A stretch of 64,000 nt of DNA. It comes from a virus (Duplodnaviria; Caudoviricetes). Location of the stretch: positions 18,906 through 82,905 of IMG/VR virus record IMGVR_UViG_3300037478_000646, one strand, 5' to 3'. This document shows, piece after piece, positions 55,898 through 64,000 of this stretch (positions are counted from its first letter, which is position 1; every line of letters begins with the position of its first letter). The position numbers were made by a program, and so were the translations under genes. The notes under the pieces were generated by a model that was not told the DNA's origin, ran no database searches, and worked only from the letters and a program-made list of their open reading frames with translations.

Positions 55898-55910
55898 AAA
55901 GTCAAGACAA

Positions 55911-57032
55911 TCATGCTGCCTTGCGCAGCGTCAGCATATCGCTGTCCGCATCATATTTGAGCAGCTCCCAATTCGTGAACTGGTCAAGCGCCGTCACGAA
56001 TTCTTCCGACCCCAACCCGATACGCGAGCGCATCTGGTACAGATCAACGCCGTTGCTGTGCCAGGGCAGCATGCCGTCATGCAGCATGACGTGCTCGAGT
56101 GCTTCATCGCGCGAGACCAGACCGTTCCGGATATCCACGCTGATCTGCGCCGTCACCCGGCCATAGCCGAATTTTCGATACATCTGATGATCGTGCACAA
56201 TCGTCTGCGCATTGTCCAGATTCTCGAATTCCCACCATGCATGTTCATGCGAGCGCTCGATACGCATGCCATGCGCCGCCGCGATCCTTGCATTTTCCCG
56301 ACTGTCCCACCGAAAATACTGCCCTAAAAATAACGCAGTTATCCCGTCCAGTTTGTCTTCAGGTGGAAGCTCGTAATCCTTCATGTCGGCAGATGTAATG
56401 TCATCCCCGCTGTTGCTGATGCCGACAAAATCACGAGCCCGCCAGCCGAGAAAGCCGCCATATTCAGACACCCACCGAGATGTCATCTGGCGTGCTTCCT
56501 CGGCGCCGGGAGGGCCCCCATATTCAAATTGCGGCGACTCACCATAAATGATCACCGGTATGCCCAGCGCCGCCGCCATGCGGAACGGCACGGTAAAAAT
56601 CGAGGCATGCTCCGGCCAGGATATATCCCCGCAGCACTCCATGCCGAGCCGGTTCAGCTTTGCCCGCACCCGCGCATCCGGCGAGACCTCGATCGTCGTC
56701 GCCAAGCGCTTCAGATTATCAATATTCTGCCGGCCGATCTCCGTCAGATGACAGGTTGTCGCCGTCACGATCAGCGGCCGCACGCCAAGCTGCAGCATCT
56801 TGACCACCTGCGCATGCGAGTCCTTGCCGCCGCTGCTGGCCACGATCACGTCATAGCCGCTATCATTCTTCGGCAGGGCCTCGATGATCCGGTGAAATTC
56901 TTCGGCCCGCACCGACCAGTCGATCTCATCCTTGCGCTTGTGATTCACGCAGGCCGAACATTCGCCGTGCTCGTTAAAATGCAGATCCGGCTTCGTAACA
57001 GGGTAAAGACATGTGATACAGCGACGCAGCAT
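55911..57032 (-). CDS. N-acetyl sugar amidotransferase (WbuX/PseA family)
   Basis: RCITCLYP.TKPDLHFNEHGECSAC; YDVIVASSGGKDS PP-loop; YRKFGYGR. Confidence 0.9.
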   Translation of the reverse strand: MLRRCITCLYPVTKPDLHFNEHGECSACVNHKRKDEIDWSVRAEEFHRIIEALPKNDSGYDVIVASSGGKDSHAQVVKMLQLGVRPLIVTATTCHLTEIGRQNIDNLKRLATTIEVSPDARVRAKLNRLGMECCGDISWPEHASIFTVPFRMAAALGIPVIIYGESPQFEYGGPPGAEEARQMTSRWVSEYGGFLGWRARDFVGISNSGDDITSADMKDYELPPEDKLDGITALFLGQYFRWDSRENARIAAAHGMRIERSHEHAWWEFENLDNAQTIVHDHQMYRKFGYGRVTAQISVDIRNGLVSRDEALEHVMLHDGMLPWHSNGVDLYQMRSRIGLGSEEFVTALDQFTNWELLKYDADSDMLTLRKAA

Positions 57033-57361
57033 CAGTAACTTCCCCGACGATCAAAACGTTCAATAATTTCAGACTGAATGCCGGGACCATTCATGTCCAT
57101 GCGCGGCTTGCCATCAGGCGTGACGTGTACGATCTTCTCCACGATCACCTTCGGGATAATGGCATGCCCGCCGAGACCCGGCACGACATGAACCGGCAGG
57201 CCGGCATATTTGAGCTTGTAGCCGCCTGGTTTCTGATAGTGGACTTCCTGCATCGAGAACGTCATATGATGACGTATCGCCTCGCTGTCCATAAGCTCCA
57301 TGAAATCCTGAGCACCCATCACCATACAGTAATCATTCACGTCATGACCGCGCTTGAACAC
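57032..57361 (-). CDS. Hypothetical protein
   Basis: Coupled to the amidotransferase start. Confidence 0.5.
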   Translation of the reverse strand: MFKRGHDVNDYCMVMGAQDFMELMDSEAIRHHMTFSMQEVHYQKPGGYKLKYAGLPVHVVPGLGGHAIIPKVIVEKIVHVTPDGKPRMDMNGPGIQSEIIERFDRRGSY

Positions 57362-57412
57362 TTCATCAATGCCGGCTATGAACCGCTCGGTAATCTCCTT
57401 CTGATGCGCCGG

Positions 57413-57613
57413 CTAATAAGTGTAAACCGTTTCCGTGTACCAGTATTGTTCGACAGCGCGCAGCTTATGCAGTAGACGCCAGCACCATGATGCCAGCTTG
57501 CCCCGCCACCATGACAGCCCCGACCGGCGCATGATGTAACCTTCAGGGCGACGAACAATATCGCTCGCCTTCAGGTTCATGATGGCAATTCTCTGATTAA
57601 CCTTGATCATCAA
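57413..57613 (-). CDS. Hypothetical protein
   Basis: ATGA overlap with the methylase stop. Confidence 0.4.
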   Translation of the reverse strand: MMIKVNQRIAIMNLKASDIVRRPEGYIMRRSGLSWWRGKLASWCWRLLHKLRAVEQYWYTETVYTY

Positions 57614-58281
57614 TCATCATCCCCGATTTCAGGCTCATCATCCGTCATGACCCGCTCAAACAAAAACCAGGTCAGATTATCCTGCCCGGCCTCGGGATCT
57701 TTCGCCCAGGCAAAGCCGGACCCGAGGAACTTCAGATCAGGATAAGCCGCCCACAACCCTGCCGCATAATCGTCACGATAGCAAATGCCGGACTGGTCGC
57801 GGTAGAAGATCATTTCCCGTTGTGGCGCAAAGTACTCACAGATCAGGATGCACTTACACGTCGCCTCGTAAAGTGCCTTGTATGCAGCAAGTAGATCATC
57901 TTCATCGAGATGAATCAGTACGCCCTTGGTAAAGACCAGATCATATGTGTCCCAGGCTGGCTCATCAAGAAACGACTGCTCATGCACGGTAAATCCATGC
58001 TCGCGCATGACCGCGCAGGCCCCGGCATTGATCTCGACACCGGCCAGATCGCCCTCATCGCCTTCCTCAAAACCAACAACTTCGGCCCATGCCTGCAGAT
58101 TCAGACCAGTACCGGATCCGAACTCCAGCACATTATCGATAAAACCCGGCATGACATCAGTATAAATATGATCGAAAAACGCCGTGTTCCGCTCGATGAT
58201 CTTGTCCCGCTCGTCCTCGTGCCGGGCATGATACTGGTCGCCGAATTCCCCGCGCCAGAGATCTTCAAGTCGCTGATTCAT
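57610..58281 (-). CDS. Pseudaminic-acid-biosynthesis-associated SAM methyltransferase
   Basis: WRGEFGDQY; VLEFGSGTGLNL; YDLVFTKGVLIH; ICEYFAP. Confidence 0.85.
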   Translation of the reverse strand: MNQRLEDLWRGEFGDQYHARHEDERDKIIERNTAFFDHIYTDVMPGFIDNVLEFGSGTGLNLQAWAEVVGFEEGDEGDLAGVEINAGACAVMREHGFTVHEQSFLDEPAWDTYDLVFTKGVLIHLDEDDLLAAYKALYEATCKCILICEYFAPQREMIFYRDQSGICYRDDYAAGLWAAYPDLKFLGSGFAWAKDPEAGQDNLTWFLFERVMTDDEPEIGDDD

Positions 58282-59090
58282 ATCGCTATCCCCTTAGCTT
58301 CATCAATCGTGAAATCGATCGCAGACGGATCAAACTCGCGCGCAATACTTTCGCTCGGAAAGTACCCGCGCGGATTGGCCAGGATCGTCGTTTGCCCGAC
58401 CCGATACCGCTCCGCACGATGCGTATGACCATGGATCCAGACCGCGATCTGCGAATTCGCCTCGATCAGCCCGTGCTGATTCGAGCAATAGGCGTCATCA
58501 AGCCTGGCATCAATGAACCGTTCGCTCCCGCGCGCGCTCAGCAATGATGGCGCATGATGGGTAAACACCACACAGCACCCGTGCTTCGGCAGTTCGTCAC
58601 GCAACCATGCAACGGCCTGATCATGCAATTGCGCAGCATCGGCCGGCCGGAACTCACGCGTGCCCTTGTCCTTCTTGATATGCACGAAATCATTCATCGA
58701 GTTACGGATCATGACCTCCGCAGATGGATCACGGGCCCCGCACGGCGCCCAGAGCGGCGAGCCCAGAAACGCCACGCCGTCAATGACCTCGACCTCATTG
58801 TTCAGCAGCCGGGCATGCGGCGCATATTCCGACAGGAAAGCCCTGACCGCCTCATCCTGATCATCGATGCAGAAGCCATAGGATTCATGATTGCCGGTCG
58901 TAACCAGCACATGCTTGTACTTGCCCAGCTCGACATCGCAGAAACGCCGATACCAGTCATGCTGCTTATCCGTATTCCACATATGCCGCACGCACCAGAT
59001 GTCGCCGGCTAGGATTAGAACGTCACCGCCCGGCAGATCGCCGAGCCCGTGAAATTCGAGGTGCAGATCGGACATTGCCGATACCTTCAT
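58278..59090 (-). CDS. Calcineurin-like metallophosphoesterase
   Basis: SDLHLE, LAGDI, GNHE, THHAP, WIHGHTH. Confidence 0.9.
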   Translation of the reverse strand: MKVSAMSDLHLEFHGLGDLPGGDVLILAGDIWCVRHMWNTDKQHDWYRRFCDVELGKYKHVLVTTGNHESYGFCIDDQDEAVRAFLSEYAPHARLLNNEVEVIDGVAFLGSPLWAPCGARDPSAEVMIRNSMNDFVHIKKDKGTREFRPADAAQLHDQAVAWLRDELPKHGCCVVFTHHAPSLLSARGSERFIDARLDDAYCSNQHGLIEANSQIAVWIHGHTHRAERYRVGQTTILANPRGYFPSESIAREFDPSAIDFTIDEAKGIAI

Positions 59091-59941
59091 GACGTGACCT
59101 TCATGCTGGCGTATGTATCATCCTCCACATCCGGCCGCCGCGTCATCCGCCATGCTGCACGCACATCCTGAACCAGCGCGGCCAGCTCATACGGCATCAT
59201 CGAGAAATCCTTGTCGAGGCAATCATCACCAGGCATCATCAGATGCTTCTCGATGATGCACGCCCCGCGCGCGACGGCGGCGATCGCCGCGATCCAGCCG
59301 CGCGTATGATCGGAAAAGCCGACATGGGAAAACTCAATTTCCAACATCGTAATACGTCCAAGGTTGACCATCGAGGCCGGGCATGGGTATTCCGAGACGC
59401 AATGCAGCACAGCCAATTGATCAGCAAGATCAGCTTCAAGCCTATGCAGCCGTATAATTTCACTGAAATCGCTCATCCCCGTCGACACGATCAGCGGCTT
59501 GCCGGTCTCTTCCAGCCGCTGTAGCAATGCTGCATCGCTCATGTTGAATGACGCCACCTTGTAGGCTGGCCAGTCCGCAATCTTTTCCAGCTCATCCACC
59601 AAATGCGGATGAAACACCGAGGCAAAGATCTGAATGCCGCACGCATCCGCCACCCGCTTCAGCCCGGCAAACCAATCGATCGGCGTCCACGCCTTCTGAT
59701 ACAGCTCGCCCAGCAGCATGCCCGCCCATGGCCCGTCCTGAACGATCACATCCGAACCGCCGCGCTGCTGCGCAATCAGCTCCGGATCGAACGCCTGCAG
59801 CTTGACCGCATCTGCGCCGGCCCTATAAGCAGCCGTGATCAGGTCACAAGCCCGATCATAATTGCCCATGTGATTGCCGGAAATTTCCGCAATCACATAA
59901 GGCGGCTGATCACGACCGATCTGACGATTACCGATCCTCAT
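59087..59941 (-). CDS. pseI: Nonulosonic acid synthase (PseI/NeuB family), no C-terminal SAF domain evident
   Basis: VIAEISGNHMG; GADAVKLQ; YKVASF; LIVSTGM; LHCVSEYP; GFSDHT; IIEKH. Confidence 0.9.
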   Translation of the reverse strand: MRIGNRQIGRDQPPYVIAEISGNHMGNYDRACDLITAAYRAGADAVKLQAFDPELIAQQRGGSDVIVQDGPWAGMLLGELYQKAWTPIDWFAGLKRVADACGIQIFASVFHPHLVDELEKIADWPAYKVASFNMSDAALLQRLEETGKPLIVSTGMSDFSEIIRLHRLEADLADQLAVLHCVSEYPCPASMVNLGRITMLEIEFSHVGFSDHTRGWIAAIAAVARGACIIEKHLMMPGDDCLDKDFSMMPYELAALVQDVRAAWRMTRRPDVEDDTYASMKVTS

Positions 59942-59950
59942 GCGATCCCC

Positions 59951-60532
59951 TCAACTGCTCGCATACGACATCCCCATTTTCACCAGCGGCGTATCGACAG
60001 CAAATGTGTGCTGGAGCAGACGATAACCACCAACCTGCAATTGCTCGATCCGCTGATGATCACCTGGAGAAACATGCAATAAATCTGTCTGGAATCTGGG
60101 ATCAGATGGATAACGCTCAAATGTATGCTCGACCAGATGAAAGCCCAGATCGTTGAACATCTTCAGCGAGGACTGGTTGAACGGCGCAATGTTGGCAAAC
60201 AGCCGCTCGCCCGGATGCCAGGCCAGCAGCTCCAACACAGCAGCTCGGCCATATCTCTTGCCGTGATGCTTGCGAAAAACATGAATGCCAATCTCATTCT
60301 GCTTGCTCAGATAGATCGCGCCGACAACAGTATCCTCGTTCGTCACGATGAAATGCCAGCTTTTGTACGGCTTACCATCAATAAATGCGACATGCTCATC
60401 CCATGACGGCATCGCCCTGTGCGAGATATTCACCTCCGGCTCACGCTCCTGCAGCAATTGCCAGAGCAGCTCATAAGCGCCAGAGCACTCATAAATGTCC
60501 AGGAACGTGACGTCAGGCAAATCATCAGCCAT
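59951..60532 (-). CDS. GNAT N-acetyltransferase (PseH-like)
   Basis: VGAIYLSKQNEIGIHVFRKHHGKRYG; ANIAPFNQSSLKMFNDLGF; start 60532. Confidence 0.75.
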   Translation of the reverse strand: MADDLPDVTFLDIYECSGAYELLWQLLQEREPEVNISHRAMPSWDEHVAFIDGKPYKSWHFIVTNEDTVVGAIYLSKQNEIGIHVFRKHHGKRYGRAAVLELLAWHPGERLFANIAPFNQSSLKMFNDLGFHLVEHTFERYPSDPRFQTDLLHVSPGDHQRIEQLQVGGYRLLQHTFAVDTPLVKMGMSYASS

Positions 60533-61199
60533 CCAACACCCCGTCATGCAGCAGGAAATGTGCATAAATGCGCCGGTAATCTTCAATCGTGTCCAGCGAG
60601 TAATTGTCCTGAAGACAAAAGCCGGGACGTTCTGACGAGACCTCGACCACCTCAAACCGTGATGTATCCCGCATGGACGGCGTGACATGCTCGACATCAG
60701 CCGGTCCCGGATCAATTCGGCGCAGCATATCACGCTTGAACACTTCACAATCCAGCCCGCGCGTAAACGTGCGTGGCTCGCCCACATTCGAGCAGTAATC
60801 GGCCCCGCTCTCATGAAACGCCGCTAGCACCCGCAAGCAGATGTCCGGATTGATCAGTGGACAATCCCCGGTAATGCGCATGATCGATCCAACGCTGTCC
60901 GGCAGATATTTCTCGACCTCGATGAACCGGGACAGAACATTCAGCTCCCCGCCCTGCACAACCGTCACGCCTATGCCCGCAATCTCGAAATGCGTGGCAA
61001 AGATCGACACGTCCTTGTCCGGTATGGCCAGATGCACACCCTCGACCAGATCATCCGAGCGCCACCACAACAAATCGGTCATGCGCCAGACGATTTCCTG
61101 AATGACCGTCCGGCCCGTCGGCAGCGGCAGCAAGACCTTGGCCGGCAACCGTGACGAGCCAAGCCGGGCTTGAATAACAATGGCGGTTTTCGCTATCAT
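60525..61199 (-). CDS. Acylneuraminate cytidylyltransferase (PseF/SpsF family)
   Basis: IVIQARLGSSRLPAKVL; VLSRF; MRITGDCPL; EHVT; SLDTIEDY. Confidence 0.9.
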   Translation of the reverse strand: MIAKTAIVIQARLGSSRLPAKVLLPLPTGRTVIQEIVWRMTDLLWWRSDDLVEGVHLAIPDKDVSIFATHFEIAGIGVTVVQGGELNVLSRFIEVEKYLPDSVGSIMRITGDCPLINPDICLRVLAAFHESGADYCSNVGEPRTFTRGLDCEVFKRDMLRRIDPGPADVEHVTPSMRDTSRFEVVEVSSERPGFCLQDNYSLDTIEDYRRIYAHFLLHDGVLDG

Positions 61200-61209
61200 C
61201 GGATCAGAT

Positions 61210-61226
61210 AATTCACAAAACGAATT
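61210..61226. promoter_or_regulatory. Operator copy AATTCA-CAAAA-CGAATT
   Basis: One mismatch to the 3544 operator; 10 bp upstream of the cytidylyltransferase start. Confidence 0.65.
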
Positions 61227-61282
61227 TGACGCAAGCCAGAAAAGCTTTATCCACAGCCGTCAGTCCGGGAAAACTGGTCCCA

Positions 61283-61528
61283 TCACACCCTCGTCGACAT
61301 GTTCTCGATATAGCGATATCCCTGCCGGATGACCACGCGACCACCGCGCCGGCCGGATTCAAACTCGATCTGCGGCGCATCGAACTCCAGCACCGGCCGG
61401 CCATGATACGTCACCAGCGTGGCGCCGTTCATGAAATGACGCATGTGGATCGCATCCCTCTCATGCGCTTCAGGCAAGCCGGCTTGGATCAGATCTGTTC
61501 TCTTCTCGTGAATTCCCGTCATCGACAC
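61283..61528 (-). CDS. Hypothetical protein
   Basis: GAGGG RBS; in operon. Confidence 0.5.
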   Translation of the reverse strand: MSMTGIHEKRTDLIQAGLPEAHERDAIHMRHFMNGATLVTYHGRPVLEFDAPQIEFESGRRGGRVVIRQGYRYIENMSTRV

Positions 61529-61537
61529 ACCCTCACA

Positions 61538-62896
61538 TCATGCATGCAATGAATGCAACGCCCGGTACAGCGCCCGGTCATAAATGTCCGGCACACGCTC
61601 GAACCGGATATGCGAGCCGATCTCGGCCCGGTTCCAATGCGCATGATTCGGCCCGGACAACAGCCGCTTGAGCAGCCGCGGATCGATCGTCAGGCGGACA
61701 TAGGGCGAATGCACTTCATTCTGCGGTCCGCGATAGTAGCTGATGAAGTTCGGCAATGCGATATCTGCTCGCCAACCGTCAACCAGATCAATGATCAGCA
61801 CAGATTCCCACCTCAGCCCCAGCTTCTCAGCTTCGCCGAACATGCGAACCGTTGCCATTTCCAGCAAATCTTTCAGCTCGGCCGACGTCGGCATCGGATC
61901 ATCGTCGTAATCGAACCGGCGAGGCGCCAGGATCGTATGAATGTACCGCTCCCGCGCCGCCATATCAGGCTCGTCATAAGCCTGATCCTGCATGCCGTGA
62001 TCCAGATCGAATGTCGCGCCATGATTCAGGAGAACCGGACGCTCACCCAGCACGCGCAGGAACGCAGCAGCCTCATGCGCCTCCGGCACGCCGCGCCAGT
62101 CATTCAGATGCGCCAGGCGCCCGGCCAGCGTGTACTGTCCGGCGAACGGCATCACATACCGCGGCTGCAGCATCCGGCAAAAATCAGCAGCCTGCCCCAG
62201 AAACTGCTTGCGCTTGGCCAAGACCGCAAGATGCTTCTCCGCTTCGGACATCTCGAAACACTGCGGATACGGTCCGGCGCCGCTATAACCGGTCAGCAGG
62301 AAATCGATCTTGTGATACGTCGCCTTGACCTTCGGCAGCACATGACGCGCCAGCTCATACGGGCAATCGTTCACGTTGACCAGCACCTGCTCGCCATCCT
62401 GCAGCACGCACAGCGAATCGATCTGCGCAGACCCGCGCTTGCCCACCACCGCGTCACAGCCAAACGCCAGCCCGCATACGGCCGGATCGCAATTGTCTGC
62501 CGCGAAGATCTGCAGCGTCGGCACGGGATCGTCAGCCTTGGTCTTCGCCGTCGCGGACATGACCCGCGTTGCGCCATTCACCAGCTCGACCACCCGGAAG
62601 CCCATCTGCTCAATCCGATGCCGCAGCACCGGCTTGTCATAGCGGTGCATCAGGACCACGGCCGACCGCGGCAGGCGCTCCATGGTCTTGCGGCTGCAGT
62701 GATCAGGATGGATATGCGAGATGTAAATGTAATCAACGTCGACCAGATGCTGCGCATGCTCATCCCAGCTGAACGGCGGATAATGACACCATGAGCCATA
62801 ATACTCGCCATCCGTCAGCCATGGATCCATCAGGATGCGCACGCCGGATCGCGTCTCGACCAGGACCGTCGCGGATGCGAGATGCGTGATCTTCAT
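61538..62896 (-). CDS. Metallo-beta-lactamase-fold enzyme resembling CMP-Neu5Ac hydroxylase (no Rieske domain seen)
   Basis: ILMDPWL..GEYYGSWCHYP; YISHIHPDH; VNVNDC; YSGAGPYPQCF; PFAGQY. Confidence 0.75.
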   Translation of the reverse strand: MKITHLASATVLVETRSGVRILMDPWLTDGEYYGSWCHYPPFSWDEHAQHLVDVDYIYISHIHPDHCSRKTMERLPRSAVVLMHRYDKPVLRHRIEQMGFRVVELVNGATRVMSATAKTKADDPVPTLQIFAADNCDPAVCGLAFGCDAVVGKRGSAQIDSLCVLQDGEQVLVNVNDCPYELARHVLPKVKATYHKIDFLLTGYSGAGPYPQCFEMSEAEKHLAVLAKRKQFLGQAADFCRMLQPRYVMPFAGQYTLAGRLAHLNDWRGVPEAHEAAAFLRVLGERPVLLNHGATFDLDHGMQDQAYDEPDMAARERYIHTILAPRRFDYDDDPMPTSAELKDLLEMATVRMFGEAEKLGLRWESVLIIDLVDGWRADIALPNFISYYRGPQNEVHSPYVRLTIDPRLLKRLLSGPNHAHWNRAEIGSHIRFERVPDIYDRALYRALHSLHA

Positions 62897-63264
62897 GCTG
62901 GCATATCCACATCGAAAAAGCCCAGCATACCCTTGACCGGCCAGAATGGTACGATCAACGGCCTGTGCAGCAAAAATCCATAATGCCCGCCGAACCACGG
63001 ACTAGATGAATCAGTCACGCAATCGATCAGCTCGACACTGCCAATAATACCGCCACGCTCAAGATCTTCAAAAAATGGCGGACTGATACCGGTAATCATC
63101 TCGATATCTTCTGCAGCATCCTCATATTCACCACGCGTCATACCCTTGGCCGCATGCACCAGGAACTGTCCACGATAGTTCGTTGACCATCTCCGATTCT
63201 CAACATCCTTGCCGGCATGAATTATTGCCCAGGCCCAAGGCTGACGAATTGAAAGCGCCTTCAT
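62893..63264 (-). CDS. ASCH-domain protein
   Basis: MKALSIRQPWAWAII..GKDVENR.W....RG..LVHA. Confidence 0.9.
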   Translation of the reverse strand: MKALSIRQPWAWAIIHAGKDVENRRWSTNYRGQFLVHAAKGMTRGEYEDAAEDIEMITGISPPFFEDLERGGIIGSVELIDCVTDSSSPWFGGHYGFLLHRPLIVPFWPVKGMLGFFDVDMPA

Positions 63265-63476
63265 GACTTCCCCTTGATCCGCTCGAACCGTGATGAACTG
63301 ATGCCGATCGAAAAATGACAGCGTTCGCCGGCCGCATTGATCATCGTCACCCAGCCGGGCGCCGGCCGCGTGATCACCGTCAGGATCTCGCCAACCTCGG
63401 CAAAACCGCCAACCGGACTGACAACCATCAGATCCGTGCCGAACTCAGCTCTGACCAGATCCACAGGCATCAGCAT
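63261..63476 (-). CDS. Hypothetical protein
   Basis: ATGA-coupled to the ASCH gene. Confidence 0.45.
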   Translation of the reverse strand: MLMPVDLVRAEFGTDLMVVSPVGGFAEVGEILTVITRPAPGWVTMINAAGERCHFSIGISSSRFERIKGKS

Positions 63477-63675
63477 ACTCAGGGCTTGGATTGCGCCAGA
63501 CAAACAGCATGTGCATGTTACCATGATCTATGCGCAGCCATGCATCGTTCTCGGCGAGATCAATTCCGTTCTGATGATCCAGCCCGAGCTCGCGCGCAAT
63601 GCTCAAAGCGATCTTGAATTCGGCCTCGTTCACATAATTTCTAAATCGATCAGACATCCTCAGTAAACTCGTCAT
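63445..63675 (-). CDS. Hypothetical protein
   Basis: In-operon ORF. Confidence 0.4.
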   Translation of the reverse strand: MTSLLRMSDRFRNYVNEAEFKIALSIARELGLDHQNGIDLAENDAWLRIDHGNMHMLFVWRNPSPEYADACGSGQS

Positions 63676-64000
63676 ACATCAACTTGCGCCGTTCATCACT
63701 ATCCATTGATTCGAGTCTTTGCCTATATTCCAGGGCAGTCGCTGGATCACCAATAAGAAACGGATTACCCTGCACCACATGATCCGCAAACGCCGGCTGC
63801 TTGCTCAGATCCGGATAGTCCGGGTTCGGCAGATCCGGATTGTCCCGCCTGAAATCCGCCGAGCGCAGCTTCCACAGCAGCTGTGCGGCCGTGTCCGGCG
63901 ACATGTAGCAATGCCAGGCCGGAAACTGAAAGACATCCTCCGCGGCCGGCACGCCTTCGCCGCGGCCGTCAAACCGCGCGCGGCGCAGCCACGCGTCAGC
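63650..64000 (-). CDS. Hypothetical protein, 5' end beyond the window
   Basis: Frame remains open from 63952 to the window edge (ADAWLRRARFDGRGEGVPAAED...). Confidence 0.5.
   Translation of the reverse strand, partial: ADAWLRRARFDGRGEGVPAAEDVFQFPAWHCYMSPDTAAQLLWKLRSADFRRDNPDLPNPDYPDLSKQPAFADHVVQGNPFLIGDPATALEYRQRLESMDSDERRKLMYDEFTEDV

Larger units (their letters stand above)
1..64000. mobile_element. Tailed bacteriophage (or prophage) genome segment, podovirus-like morphogenesis module, probable alphaproteobacterial host
   Basis: TerL, portal, scaffold, capsid, tail tubular A/B, ejection proteins, endolysin and spanins; no host housekeeping genes; GcrA and Omp25-like genes. Confidence 0.95.

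Overview
The whole window is part of a tailed-phage genome with an alphaproteobacterial signature (GcrA, Omp25/RopB-like porin gene). The virion module is of the short-tailed BPP-1/T7-like type. Layout: 1-3.5 kb leftward replication/regulatory genes; a divergent control region with three palindromic operators; 3.7-12.2 kb rightward early genes (Gp157, SSB, HNH nucleases, nucleotidyltransferase, DUF2303, XRE regulators); 12.2-16.6 kb an accessory RNA island; 16.6-19.3 kb lysis genes; 19.3-51.3 kb virion genes and TerL, including a 4352-aa polyvalent ejection protein; 51.3-63 kb a nonulosonic-acid (pseudaminic/sialic-type) biosynthesis and transfer cluster. Most notable: (1) a nuclease-less Nop-domain protein between two arrays of ~36-nt dual-repeat units (about 23 and 13 units), matching TIGR-Tas (TasA-type) architecture, directly downstream of a small tyrosine recombinase; (2) a ~450-nt structured ncRNA closed by a 10-bp long-range stem, containing two circularly permuted tRNA-like modules and an aberrant tRNA-Thr, followed by a CCA-ended hairpin; (3) an intact-looking HNH endonuclease gene nested antisense inside the giant virion ORF without breaking its frame; (4) a sugar-modification pathway whose sialyltransferase-like gene is coupled to terL; (5) a 17-bp operator recurring at six intergenic sites. 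All family assignments come from motif recognition by eye; no database searches were run.
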